Made by a program: the position numbers and the translations under genes. Positions 16,992-26,283 of a stretch of 28,442 nt of DNA are shown here, piece after piece (within the stretch, counting starts at the first letter, position 1; the number at the start of each line of letters is the position of its first letter). The stretch is from a candidate division WOR-3 bacterium (GTDB taxonomy: Bacteria; Hydrothermota; Hydrothermia; JBDRYB01), in contig JBMFOM010000013.1 of assembly GCA_049969615.1 (NCBI GenBank), forward strand, positions 1 to 28,442. The letters are read 5' to 3'. The notes beneath the pieces were generated by a model, which was not told the DNA's origin, ran no database searches, and saw nothing but the letters and a program-made list of their open reading frames with translations.

Positions 16992-19900
16992 AAGGCCTCG
17001 TCAGATTCTCCGTGAATCATCCCGTTACCATAACCATGCTTGTGGGTATAATGGTGGTGATGGGCATACTCTCCCTGTCCAGGATGGGCCAGGACCTCAT
17101 GCCCGACATATCGTTTCCCACCATAACCGTTGTCACCCAATATCAGGGCGCTTCCCCTGAGGAGGTTGAGAAGCTGGTCACCCAGCCAGTTGAGGGCGCG
17201 TGCGCTCTGGTGACCGGGGCCCAGAAGGTCAGCTCCGTGTCCGCGGAAGGCGTTTCAACCGTTACCATTGAGTTCCAGTGGGGAACGGACATTGAGATAG
17301 CCTCGCAGGATGTGCGGGAAAAGCTCGGCACGATTGAAAAATACCTGCCTGAAGAGGCCGAACGCCCGGCCGTTTACAAGTTTGACCCCTCCATGATGCC
17401 AGCGGTTGAATATGCTCTCTACTCTGATAAGTTCACCCAGTCCCAGCTCAAGAAGCTCGCTGAGGACATAGTAAAACCTCGTCTTGAGAGACTGGAAGGT
17501 GTCGCTTCACTGCTCATCGTCGGGGTTGAGGACAGGGAGATAATCGTTGATGTTGACATGGCAAAACTCCATGATCAGGGCCTTTCCCTTGGCGAAGTGA
17601 TAAATGTGCTCCGCGGACAGAACCTCAACCTTCCCGCTGGCCACTACATTCTCGGTCCGAAGGAATACCTAATAAGGGCGGTCGGGGAGGTCAAGGAACC
17701 ACAGGAATTGCTTGATGTCCCGGTGGGTTTCTCAAAATCGGGCAGACCCATCCGGCTCTCAGAGGTGGCGAGGGTCTGGACCGGACTGAGAGAGCAGAGG
17801 GGATACTACGAGATAGAGGGCAAACCTGGAGTTCTACTCATAGTAAGGAAGCAATCCGGCTCCAACACTGTCCAGGTCGCAGACAGAGTAAAAAAGGAGA
17901 TGGGGGTCATAAAACCACTCCTGCCACAGGGCATAGAGACCGCCATGGTTATGGACATGAGCGAGGCAGTAAAGGCGAACAACAAGAACACCTTTGATAC
18001 TGCATGGCAGGGCATGCTCCTGGCGGCCCTTATAGTTTTCCTCTTTCTCTTCAACTGGAGGCCGACCCTGGTAATATCCCTCGCCATTCCGCTCTCGGTT
18101 TTCTCCACCTTCATCGTGCTTCACTGGCGCGGAGACACCCTGAACATGATGACCCTGGGCGGCATAACCCTCGCGGTCGGGATGCTCGTTGATAACGCTG
18201 TGGTGGTCATAGAGAACATGTTCCGACACGCAGAGATGGGCAAGGATAGCTCTGCGGCCGCGGTGGATGGCGCGTCAGAGGTCGGTCTGGCCATAACCGC
18301 GTCCACCCTGACCAACATCATCGTGTTCCTGCCGCTCATCTATTCTGGAGGTGTGGTCGGTGAGATCATGAAATCCCTCGCGTTCACGGTCGTCATCACC
18401 ATGCTCATGTCCCTAGTCGTCGCGATAACCATAATCCCATCATACGCGGCAAAGCTCTTCAGGGCCGATAGAAAGAGCAAGCTGGCCCGGTGGTTCAACC
18501 CAGTGTCCAGGATATACAGGTTCCTCCTGGATCTGACCCTAAGGCACCGCGTTACCGCGACCATAACGACCATTGCCATCATCGCGGCCTCAGTGTTCGT
18601 TTTTCTCAGGTTGGGCGGCGAGTTTATCCCCATGATGGACATGCGGTTCATGCCCATAGAGGTTGAGTTGCCTCCGGGAACCCCGGCGGACGCTACCAAG
18701 GCGTATCTCGATCAGGGGGCCAGGATAGCGAGGGAGTATCCTGATGTTGAGATGATTTCAACGATGGTGGGTTCTGGCGGTTTCATGTCCACGATGGGCG
18801 CGACCGCTGATGTCAACCAGGGAACCCTGTTTCTGATGATGAAACCCACCGAACAGAGGAAAAGATACTCTATAGATGTTGCCCACGAGATAATAGAGAG
18901 ATTGCCCCCATACTATGGCGCGAGGGCCAAGGTCTCCAATTACCAGTCCCAGATGCTTGCCGGAGGCATGCCCGTTGAAATACACATATACGGTCCTGAT
19001 GTCAATGTCCTTGCAAAGCTTGGCCAGGAGGTTGTCAACAGGATAAAGAGCATACCGGGCATAATCAATCCTGATGTGTCTGTTGAACTGGCGAAGCCTG
19101 AGATGAAAGTCCTGATTGACAAGGAGCGCGCCGCATACTACGGGCTAACAGCTTATCAGATAGTCTCGGAGATAGAGGCCCTTACCTTGGGCCGCGTTGC
19201 GAGCAGGATGGAGGTTGAGGGGGATCAGCTGAACATAGTTGTGAGGGCAGATAGCCTTGACCGCACACGCCTTGACAACGCTTGGATAAAATCCCCGACC
19301 GGCGCGCTCGTTCCACTGTCAGGGGTTACGACCATGAGTCTCGGCACCGGGCCAACCACGATAGACCGGGAAAACCAGGTCCGTTTCATAAAGGTCACGG
19401 CAGACAAGCAAGGCCGAAGTCTCCAGGAAGTCAACCGTGATGTGGCGAAGGCCCTCTCGGATTTTAAAACGCCCCCTGGCTACACCTGGGAAATGGCCGG
19501 TGAGTCCAAGCGCATGGCTGACATGATGCGCCAGATGCTCTGGGTCATCCTGGCCGCTATCGTCCTCACTTACATGATTATGGCCGCCTTATTTGAGTCC
19601 TTTAAGAGGCCTCTGGTCGTGATGTTCACCGTTCCTCTAGCCTTCACCGGCTCCGCGTTCGCGCTCTGGCTCTCGGGGATGACATTATCCATGATCTCCC
19701 TGATGGGATTGCTCATCGTCTTTGGCGTGGTTGTCAATAACGCCATAGTCATGATAGACCTCATTGATCAGCTCCGGAAAAAAGGCACCGAGGCTTACAA
19801 GGCAGTCGTTGATGGGGCTGTCTTGCGATTGAGGCCCATTCTGATAACCGCGCTCACGACCATATTTGGACTCGCGCCAATGGCCTTCATGCGGACCAGG

Positions 19901-20044
19901 GGATGGGAGATGCGCTCACCGATAGCCATAGCCCTGATAGGGGGCCTCCTTACCGGAACCTTTGTGACCATCCTCGTTATTCCCGTTGTCTACACCTGGT
20001 TTGAGGGGATAAGGACGAAGGAAAAACCAAAGAAGCAGGTTTAG
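16988..20044 (+). CDS. RND efflux transporter permease (AcrB/AcrD/AcrF family)
   Basis: 1018 aa; YQGASPEEVE, GMLVDNAVVVIENM (TM4), VVNNAIVMID (TM10), RLRPILITALTT (TM11). Confidence 0.96.
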   Translation: MKGLVRFSVNHPVTITMLVGIMVVMGILSLSRMGQDLMPDISFPTITVVTQYQGASPEEVEKLVTQPVEGACALVTGAQKVSSVSAEGVSTVTIEFQWGTDIEIASQDVREKLGTIEKYLPEEAERPAVYKFDPSMMPAVEYALYSDKFTQSQLKKLAEDIVKPRLERLEGVASLLIVGVEDREIIVDVDMAKLHDQGLSLGEVINVLRGQNLNLPAGHYILGPKEYLIRAVGEVKEPQELLDVPVGFSKSGRPIRLSEVARVWTGLREQRGYYEIEGKPGVLLIVRKQSGSNTVQVADRVKKEMGVIKPLLPQGIETAMVMDMSEAVKANNKNTFDTAWQGMLLAALIVFLFLFNWRPTLVISLAIPLSVFSTFIVLHWRGDTLNMMTLGGITLAVGMLVDNAVVVIENMFRHAEMGKDSSAAAVDGASEVGLAITASTLTNIIVFLPLIYSGGVVGEIMKSLAFTVVITMLMSLVVAITIIPSYAAKLFRADRKSKLARWFNPVSRIYRFLLDLTLRHRVTATITTIAIIAASVFVFLRLGGEFIPMMDMRFMPIEVELPPGTPADATKAYLDQGARIAREYPDVEMISTMVGSGGFMSTMGATADVNQGTLFLMMKPTEQRKRYSIDVAHEIIERLPPYYGARAKVSNYQSQMLAGGMPVEIHIYGPDVNVLAKLGQEVVNRIKSIPGIINPDVSVELAKPEMKVLIDKERAAYYGLTAYQIVSEIEALTLGRVASRMEVEGDQLNIVVRADSLDRTRLDNAWIKSPTGALVPLSGVTTMSLGTGPTTIDRENQVRFIKVTADKQGRSLQEVNRDVAKALSDFKTPPGYTWEMAGESKRMADMMRQMLWVILAAIVLTYMIMAALFESFKRPLVVMFTVPLAFTGSAFALWLSGMTLSMISLMGLLIVFGVVVNNAIVMIDLIDQLRKKGTEAYKAVVDGAVLRLRPILITALTTIFGLAPMAFMRTRGWEMRSPIAIALIGGLLTGTFVTILVIPVVYTWFEGIRTKEKPKKQV

Positions 20045-20095
20045 ACTGACGCGGTTGTCCACACGGGAATGCCTGCATTAAAATATGAACCTTCT

Positions 20096-20170
20096 GGCGG
20101 CGTAGCCAAGAGGTAAGGCGACGGTTTGCAAAACCGTTATACCCCGGTTCAATTCCGGGCGCCGCCTCCA
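20096..20170 (+). tRNA. tRNA-Cys (GCA)
   Basis: Acceptor stem GGCGGCG/CGCCGCC, U discriminator, encoded CCA; anticodon arm ACGGT-TTGCAAA-ACCGT; T-arm CCCGG-TTCAATT-CCGGG. Confidence 0.96.
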
Positions 20171-20224
20171 GATTCGTTGCTAGTTAAAACTAAAAACCAG
20201 CAACCAGGAATCGTCAAACCTGCC

Positions 20225-20827
20225 ATGAAGCTCCTCGCTTTCTCAGGTAGCCCCAGGAAGCAAGGCAAGACAGTCAGTCTGCTTTCCGAGGTCCTGGCCG
20301 GTGCCTCTGATCTAGGCGTAGAGACCGAGCTCATCCACCTCGTTGATACCCCGGTGAGGCAATGCATGGGATGTTATTCTGAAAATGCCGATGAGTGTGA
20401 CCTCTCCCGTTGCACCAGAGGCGAACTTGCTGATGGCATGGCCGGCCTCTTCCAGAAAATAATCTGGGCCGACGCTGTTGTTATAGGCTCTCCGGTATAC
20501 TGGTATAGCGTTTCGGGTTTGACCAAGACCTTCCTGGATAGACTCACTCCCCTTGAGAACAAGGAAAAATATCTGGATGGCAAACCCTGCGGTCTGGTTG
20601 CAGTGGCAGAGGACGAGGGTTCGGTTGCGGCGCTCGCTCCCCTGGCGGTGGCACTCAGCTGGATGGGGTTCATCATTCCCCCGTATGCTGTTGTGTATGA
20701 TAACACTATAGGCCCGGACGAGGCTTTGGAGGATGCCAGGCGATTGGGCAGAAACCTGGCCTGGCTTTGCGATAAGCTAAAGGGTTATAATTTCTACAAT
20801 GGCGAGACAATGCGACCAGAAGAATAA
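20225..20827 (+). CDS. Flavodoxin-like iron-sulfur flavoprotein / NAD(P)H-dependent FMN reductase family
   Basis: [19 protein letters not shown]....C cluster, [18 protein letters not shown]. Start moved to ATG 20225 because the track start lies inside the tRNA. Confidence 0.9.
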   Translation: MKLLAFSGSPRKQGKTVSLLSEVLAGASDLGVETELIHLVDTPVRQCMGCYSENADECDLSRCTRGELADGMAGLFQKIIWADAVVIGSPVYWYSVSGLTKTFLDRLTPLENKEKYLDGKPCGLVAVAEDEGSVAALAPLAVALSWMGFIIPPYAVVYDNTIGPDEALEDARRLGRNLAWLCDKLKGYNFYNGETMRPEE

Positions 20828-21011
20828 TCTTGATTTTTGTACATGCACATATGAGCCGTGTTCTAGGAAGGGGTTCTGTTGTGAGTGCATCAAGTATCAC
20901 CGCGACATGGGAGAACTACCCGCTTGCTTTTTTCCGCCAGAAGCCGAGCGAACCTATGATCGTTCCATTGAACATTTCCTCAGGGTTCACTCAAAGCGCC
21001 GTGACGTTTAA
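20799..21011 (+). CDS. Small Cys-rich protein (DUF6485-like)
   Basis: [21 protein letters not shown]...ELPACFFP...ERTYDRS pattern recalled for this family; overlaps the flavoprotein 3' end. Confidence 0.75.
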   Translation: MARQCDQKNNLDFCTCTYEPCSRKGFCCECIKYHRDMGELPACFFPPEAERTYDRSIEHFLRVHSKRRDV

Positions 21012-21138
21012 CGGATCATAAGGGGTTTTTTATTATGAGCATGGCCTTATGGCTCTTTGGACTCGCGATAGGATCATATGATCCGCTAGCGGTGGTATTT
21101 CCCGATGATTTTCCTTTAATATTTAAGCACACAGCGAG

Positions 21139-22656
21139 ATGATGGTTTCGTTTATCGCTTTGACCAGCTTGCTTTTCCAGGCTTTATTCGCCAGGACATA
21201 TGGAGGGGTTGGCGATGATGGCGTCCACTCTATTTTTGCTACGCCAGACAGCGGATTCATTATGGCCGGCTACACTGCTAGCTTTGGTTCCGGCGGGACG
21301 GATTTTCTGGTCATAAAGCTCTCCCCTTCCGGAGCGCTTCAGTGGAGCAGGACATTTGGCGGCACGGCCGATGACTGGGCCTACTCCATTGCCGGGACAC
21401 CCGATGGTGGTTTCGTGGTTGCCGGCTACACTGCCAGCTTTGGTTCCGGCGGGACGGATTTTCTGGTCATAAAATTATCCTCATCCGGTAGCCTTGAATG
21501 GGCAAAGACATTCGGCGGTCCAGGGGATGAGAGGGCCTACTCCATTGCCGGGACACCCGATGGTGGTTTCGTGGTTGCCGGCTACACTGCCAGCTTTGGT
21601 TCCGGCGGGACGGATTTTCTGGTCATAAAACTATCCTCATCCGGTAGCCTTGAATGGGCAAAGACATTCGGCGGCGCTCAATACGACTGGGCCTCGTCCC
21701 TTGTCCGGACATCCGATGGTGGAATTGCTGTTGCGGGTTATACCGCGAGCCTTGGAAACGGCGGGGCTGATTTCCTGGCGTTAAAACTTTCTTCCTCCGG
21801 GAACCTTGAATGGGCAAAGACATTCGGCGGCCTGGATGATGAATGGGCATATTCAATTGCAGAAATCCCCGGTAGCGACCTCGTTCTTGCTGGATACACA
21901 TCAAGCTTTTCAGTTGGTCCAGCAGATGCCCTTTTGTTGAGGATTAGCTCCTCAGGAGACCTCCGTTGGGTCCGAACCCTTGGTGGTGGGGCAGGGGATT
22001 ATTCCTGTAAGGTGGAATGGTGTCCGGATGGTACCCTGATCTTCGTCGGTTACACCTCAAGTTTCGGCGCTGGATGGGGGGATATTCTCGTTTTCAAGAT
22101 GAGCTCCACAGGAAATCTTGTCTGGGCCAGAACATTTGGTGGCACGGATGATGAACAGCCTTCCTCTTTGGCCGTGACTCAACATGGTGGAATAGCGGTT
22201 GCCGGCAGGACCATGAGCTCCGGCGCCGGCAGTTGGGATTGCGTCCTCTTTCAGTTGGATTCCGGCGGCAATTATTCCGATTGCGCTTATGCCTGTTACC
22301 CAACGGTGGCGACGCCCTTTCTGTTCACCACATTGCCGGCTGGTCTGTTGGATTGCGTTGCAACCGAGGGAAGCCCCGGAATCTCTTCCACCACGCCGGG
22401 TATAAATGTCGCAGATGTCTGTCCACCGGCCGTTGAGGAGGACGGTTCTGCCTCTGGCTCCGACATAAACTGTTCGCTCATCCCACGAGCCGTGCTCTTT
22501 ATTTCGTCCTCACTCTCCCCATTGAGAATATATTATCCTGATGGTCGCCTGGCCTATTCCGGGAGGCTGGAGAGGGGAGAGAACCGGATAAACCTTGATC
22601 CTGGCGTCTATATCTGGATAGTCGGACCATATAGGGGCAAGGCAGTCATCCGGTAA
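21139..22656 (+). CDS. Secreted 7-bladed beta-propeller repeat protein with T9SS-CTD-like tail
   Basis: Seven 52-aa repeats (T.GG..D..A.SI..T.DGG..VAGYT.SFG.G..D.L..KL..SG.L.W); C-terminus IYYPDGRL...LDPGVYIW...KAVIR. Confidence 0.8.
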   Translation: MMVSFIALTSLLFQALFARTYGGVGDDGVHSIFATPDSGFIMAGYTASFGSGGTDFLVIKLSPSGALQWSRTFGGTADDWAYSIAGTPDGGFVVAGYTASFGSGGTDFLVIKLSSSGSLEWAKTFGGPGDERAYSIAGTPDGGFVVAGYTASFGSGGTDFLVIKLSSSGSLEWAKTFGGAQYDWASSLVRTSDGGIAVAGYTASLGNGGADFLALKLSSSGNLEWAKTFGGLDDEWAYSIAEIPGSDLVLAGYTSSFSVGPADALLLRISSSGDLRWVRTLGGGAGDYSCKVEWCPDGTLIFVGYTSSFGAGWGDILVFKMSSTGNLVWARTFGGTDDEQPSSLAVTQHGGIAVAGRTMSSGAGSWDCVLFQLDSGGNYSDCAYACYPTVATPFLFTTLPAGLLDCVATEGSPGISSTTPGINVADVCPPAVEEDGSASGSDINCSLIPRAVLFISSSLSPLRIYYPDGRLAYSGRLERGENRINLDPGVYIWIVGPYRGKAVIR

Positions 22657-22661
22657 GTGTA

Positions 22662-22764
22662 CAGAGACCCCTGATAAAGCAATAATAACTTGCTGGTTTG
22701 GGGAAGGAATACTCTGTCCAAGTGAACAGGTTTCTAAGAGGGACCCCTACCTGTCAGAGGATTC
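22662..22764 (+). repeat. Dispersed intergenic repeat, copy 3 (module A)
   Basis: CAGAGACCCCTGATAAAGCAATAATAACTTGCTGGTTTGGGGAAGGA..TGTCCAAGTGAACAGG matches 26284 onward; TTCTAAGAGGGAC is shared with copy 1. Confidence 0.85.
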
Positions 22765-22863
22765 ACTTCAGGGTAGAGCTTAGTTGGGGTAAGAGTGTTT
22801 AGGGTTGGTTACCCAGCTAACTAACAGCTGAACGAGGCCCCCGAACCGGTTTATAATTTCCGG

Positions 22864-23397
22864 ATGATGTTCGTTGCCCTTTTCATGGCTATCCGTTCCG
22901 AGACGGTGACCGTTACTGATCTCTCCATCCTCCAGGATACGGTGGTTTCCAATCTTCTTATGGATGAGCGAATGAAGGTTTTTTACGAAAACGAAACCGT
23001 TGTTGGAATCTATCAGGGACTGACCAGCGAGTTCCTGGTGGTAAATGTTGGCGAGAAGCTAGTTTGGTTAAAACGAAAAGAGGTTGATTCCCTCCTGGTC
23101 TTTCTTCCGCTTCAGGATAGGGTCATATACACCAGGAAGGACAGGTTCATGGTTTCCCTCGCGGGGGCAGCCTTCACAGAGATAACAGCTCTTGCGATAA
23201 CCGCGGCCATGAGCGACGAGCTCAAGGACAAGCTCTCCCTTCCCATCCTGGCCCTGTCGCCGTTCTTGGGTCTCGCGCTCGCACAGACCGCGGTGGGAAG
23301 CCCAGAGAAGCACCCCTCTACCACCAAGACCAGGCTTTTTCTCCTCCTGACCGAGGGCAAAGGTATGGGGGAAGGGATAAAGGCGCCAGAAGAATAG
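22864..23397 (+). CDS. Hypothetical membrane protein
   Basis: 177-aa ORF, TATAAT 6 nt upstream of ATG; small beta-rich domain followed by two hydrophobic helices. Confidence 0.65.
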   Translation: MMFVALFMAIRSETVTVTDLSILQDTVVSNLLMDERMKVFYENETVVGIYQGLTSEFLVVNVGEKLVWLKRKEVDSLLVFLPLQDRVIYTRKDRFMVSLAGAAFTEITALAITAAMSDELKDKLSLPILALSPFLGLALAQTAVGSPEKHPSTTKTRLFLLLTEGKGMGEGIKAPEE

Positions 23398-23401
23398 CCC
23401 C

Positions 23402-23800
23402 TTACCTCACCGGTATTTTTGCCCTCTGTTTCCCGGCCACCACGAAATAAACCCCCGGCCCCAGAGGGCTAATCAGGGTCTCGCCTTTTATTTCCCTGCT
23501 GAGGACAAGCCGGCCAGCGGGATCGTATATCTGGGCCAAGCCCGAGTAGCCGCTTATCCAGAACCCTCCGGGCGCGGGAGGAGCGCCAGCTTTTCTCGGA
23601 TTTAGCCGGCCCTCCTCCACATCCAGAGGCGTCAGGATGAGCTCCATAGCTAACCCTGGGGCAACCGTCAGCTGAGGATTGATCCGCTATTGGGGAGACC
23701 TTCACTATCATAGTATCCTGGGCCATGAGGCTAGGCGTAGTAATGGCCGGGGCCACACACAACATCAGGCTCTTATCGGTGATTTCGGATACTTGTTTAT
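23402..23800 (-). pseudogene. Remnant of a secreted CTD-bearing protein (signal-peptide-like N-terminus and CTD in different frames)
   Basis: CTD-like frame ..VEE..IYDPAGRLV..LGPGVYFV..KIPVR (23402-23647); N-terminal frame KQVSEITDKSLMLCVAPAITTPSLMAQDT preceded by a perfect SD AAGGAGGT but no ATG at the expected position. Confidence 0.65.
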
Positions 23801-23897
23801 ACTGAATACCTCCTTAATCTAGGCCTACACAATAACCGAAAGCGCGTGGATGATCAAGGGCCTGTTTAAGCCGGCCCCGCGCGGACCCGATTCCCGG

Positions 23898-24206
23898 CTA
23901 CTGACCAGTTTCCCCCGCGCTGTCGGCCCGAAGGCTGTCCCAAAGGTTCACAGGGTTTTCATACCTCATACCCAACCTCCTCTCCGCTATCATCTTTATG
24001 ATGGACGGGTCTTTCAGCGCCTCCCGCCTCGCTTCTAGCGCGAGCGTCCTCGCCCTCGCGTGCAAGAGTTCCCTTTCAACTGCGGCCCGCTCCACCTTTA
24101 CCCGAATGAGGCTGTAAAGGGTAGTTCCCAGGTAATAGAGGAGAAGGAGGCCCCCCAGGATAGTTAACCACCTGATAACACCTTTGACCCCACTCTTTCT
24201 TGCCAA
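23898..24206 (-). CDS. ftsB: Septum formation initiator (FtsB/DivIC family)
   Basis: Short basic N-terminus, one TM helix, coiled coil, DP..I..IAERRLGM motif; directly downstream of eno (known eno-ftsB synteny). Confidence 0.75.
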   Translation of the reverse strand: MARKSGVKGVIRWLTILGGLLLLYYLGTTLYSLIRVKVERAAVERELLHARARTLALEARREALKDPSIIKMIAERRLGMRYENPVNLWDSLRADSAGETGQ

Positions 24207-25478
24207 TTATCCCCCCGCGAAAGCCTTTATCCCAGGGAACTTGGCCCCGTGGTTCAGCTCCTCCTCTATGACAAGGAGTCTGTTGTATTTTTCAACCCTC
24301 TCTGACCTGCATGGCGCGCCGGTCTTCAACATACCGGTTCTCATCGCCACAGCGAAGTCGGATATGAAGGTATCCCCTGTTTCGCCTGACCGGTGCGAGA
24401 CAACCGTGGTATAGCCGGCCCCGTGTGCCATCTGAACTGCCGCTATGGTCTCGGTCACCGTCCCTATCTGGTTGAGCTTTATGAGGGCTGAGTTCGCGAC
24501 CTTCTCCTCTATTGCCCGCGCAATGATCTTGGGATTGGTAACGAATATATCGTCGCCAACTATCTGAACCTTGTTCCTCATCCTTTCAGTCATCGCCTTC
24601 CAGCCATCCCAGTCATCCTCAGCCAGGCCATCTTCAATGGAGATCACCGGGTAATCCCTGATAAGGGCCTCGTAGAAGTCAATCATGCCAGTGGAATCCT
24701 TTTTCTCGCCGTCAAGTAAATATATTTCTCCATCGTAGAATCCTGAGGCCGCTGGGTCCAGGGCGAGCGAGACCTCGTCCCCAGGTTTATATCCGGCCCT
24801 TTCTATGGCCTTCATCAGGAAGTCCATGACCTCCCTTGTTGTCTTTATGCGGGGTGCGAAGCCGCCCTCGTCTCCAACGGCAACCGCGTGGCCAGATTTT
24901 TTCAGGAGGTCCCTGAGAGCATGATAGACCTCCGCGCCCGCGCGGAATGCTTCGGCAAAGCCCTCAAACCCGTGAGGTACGATCATGAACTCCTGTATGG
25001 AAAGACCCGAGTCCGCGTGAGCTCCGCCGTTTATCACATTCATCATGGGCACGGGAAGAAGGTCAGCCGCTACGCCTCCGATATACCTGTACAATGGTAG
25101 GCCCAGGTGTTCAGCCGCGGCCCTCGCTACGGCCATTGATGTCCCGAGGATGGCATTCGCGCCGAGATTTGTCTTGTTATCGGTCCCATCAAGATCAAGG
25201 AGCAATTTGTCTATCTCTGCCTGGCACAGGGCATCCTTTCCGACCAACGCCTTGGCTATATTTCCGTTGACATTATGAACAGCCTTGAGAACGCCCTTGC
25301 CTCCGAACCTGGCCATGTCTCCGTCCCGGAGTTCAAGCGCTTCTTTTTTGCCAGTGGATGCTCCCGAGGGCACAGTTGCCCTACCAAGCGAGCCATCCCC
25401 AAGAAGGACATCAACCTGAACAGTTGGGTTTCCCCTTGAATCAAGCACCTCCCTCGCTCTTATTCTCTCTATTCTCAT
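24207..25478 (-). CDS. eno: Enolase
   Basis: [58 protein letters not shown]. Confidence 0.99.
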   Translation of the reverse strand: MRIERIRAREVLDSRGNPTVQVDVLLGDGSLGRATVPSGASTGKKEALELRDGDMARFGGKGVLKAVHNVNGNIAKALVGKDALCQAEIDKLLLDLDGTDNKTNLGANAILGTSMAVARAAAEHLGLPLYRYIGGVAADLLPVPMMNVINGGAHADSGLSIQEFMIVPHGFEGFAEAFRAGAEVYHALRDLLKKSGHAVAVGDEGGFAPRIKTTREVMDFLMKAIERAGYKPGDEVSLALDPAASGFYDGEIYLLDGEKKDSTGMIDFYEALIRDYPVISIEDGLAEDDWDGWKAMTERMRNKVQIVGDDIFVTNPKIIARAIEEKVANSALIKLNQIGTVTETIAAVQMAHGAGYTTVVSHRSGETGDTFISDFAVAMRTGMLKTGAPCRSERVEKYNRLLVIEEELNHGAKFPGIKAFAGG

Positions 25479-25554
25479 GGCAGTTCTCCCTGAGCCCTAA
25501 ATTATAGCTCCGGTATTGCATACCAGCGCAAGCTTGCTTTAAAGTTTTCGTCCT

Positions 25555-26193
25555 GTGGCAAGAATAACCCCGACCCGGATGGTTCTCCTGGGAAAGAAGC
25601 GCCAGCGCAAGCTCGCGGTTGACGGCGCGAGCCTCCTCAGGAACAAGCGCGAGGCCCTTTTAGTGGAATTCATGGCCCTCATAAAACCGCTCCTTTCTCA
25701 GCGAAAGAACCTTGACGAGAGAACAAGAAAGGCGCTTTCTGCTCTCGCGGTTGCAATGGGAATGGATGGCCCAGAGGCCCTTGAGTCCGCCGCAATGGCC
25801 TCTGACGAAGGCCTTTTGATTGATGTTAAAGACAGAAAGGTCTGGGGAGTTCACCTTCCGTCCCTGGAATCCGGCCGCACGGCCAGGGGCCTTCTCGCCA
25901 GGGGTTATTCGCCCGTGTCCGTGACCAGCAGGATAGATTGGACCGCTGAGGAGTTTGAGGAGCTCCTGGAGGCAGTTCTCGCGCTTGTGCCCACTGAGGT
26001 CAAGCTCAAGAAGATGGGCCTTGAGATAAAGAAGACAACTCGCCGTGTTAATGCCCTTGAACAGAAAATAATTCCCGATCTTGACTCGGAAATAGCCTTC
26101 ATAAGACAGGTTCTTGAGGATAGAGGCAGGGAGGACACATTCCGCCTCAAGTTGCTGAAGGCCAAGACCGAGAAGAGGGGCGGGAGGTATTGA
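25555..26193 (+). CDS. ntpD: V/A-type ATP synthase subunit D
   Basis: PTRMVL..K, G..LL..KREAL..EF, EIKKTTRRVNALEQ.IIP, I...LE...RE..FRLK motifs. Confidence 0.92.
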   Translation: MARITPTRMVLLGKKRQRKLAVDGASLLRNKREALLVEFMALIKPLLSQRKNLDERTRKALSALAVAMGMDGPEALESAAMASDEGLLIDVKDRKVWGVHLPSLESGRTARGLLARGYSPVSVTSRIDWTAEEFEELLEAVLALVPTEVKLKKMGLEIKKTTRRVNALEQKIIPDLDSEIAFIRQVLEDRGREDTFRLKLLKAKTEKRGGRY

Positions 26194-26283
26194 GATAGTT
26201 GCTCGTCTCCGGTCAAAATCCCCCGGCTGGACCCGGAGTCCCAGTTAAACCCCTTAGCGCTGAGAACCTGAGCCAACAACAAT

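Noticed and set aside
18170-19760. RND proton-relay variant (DN in TM4, NN in TM10) as a novel or inactive pump
   Set aside because: To my knowledge this variant is common among non-enteric AcrB-family permeases, so it is not distinctive.
20126-20224. N-terminal extension of the flavoprotein ORF
   Set aside because: Overlaps tRNA-Cys; the family N-terminus starts at [11 protein letters not shown].
20973-20988. 16-bp match CATTTCCTCAGGGTTC to repeat module B inside the Cys-rich gene
   Set aside because: Lies in coding sequence (EHFLRV) and the similarity does not extend on either side; treated as probable coincidence.
21377-21674. Tandem repeats read as a CRISPR array or a DGR template/variable pair
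   Set aside because: In-frame coding repeats with a 156-bp period; no repeat-spacer geometry, no adenine-specific mismatches, and no cas or reverse transcriptase gene in the window.
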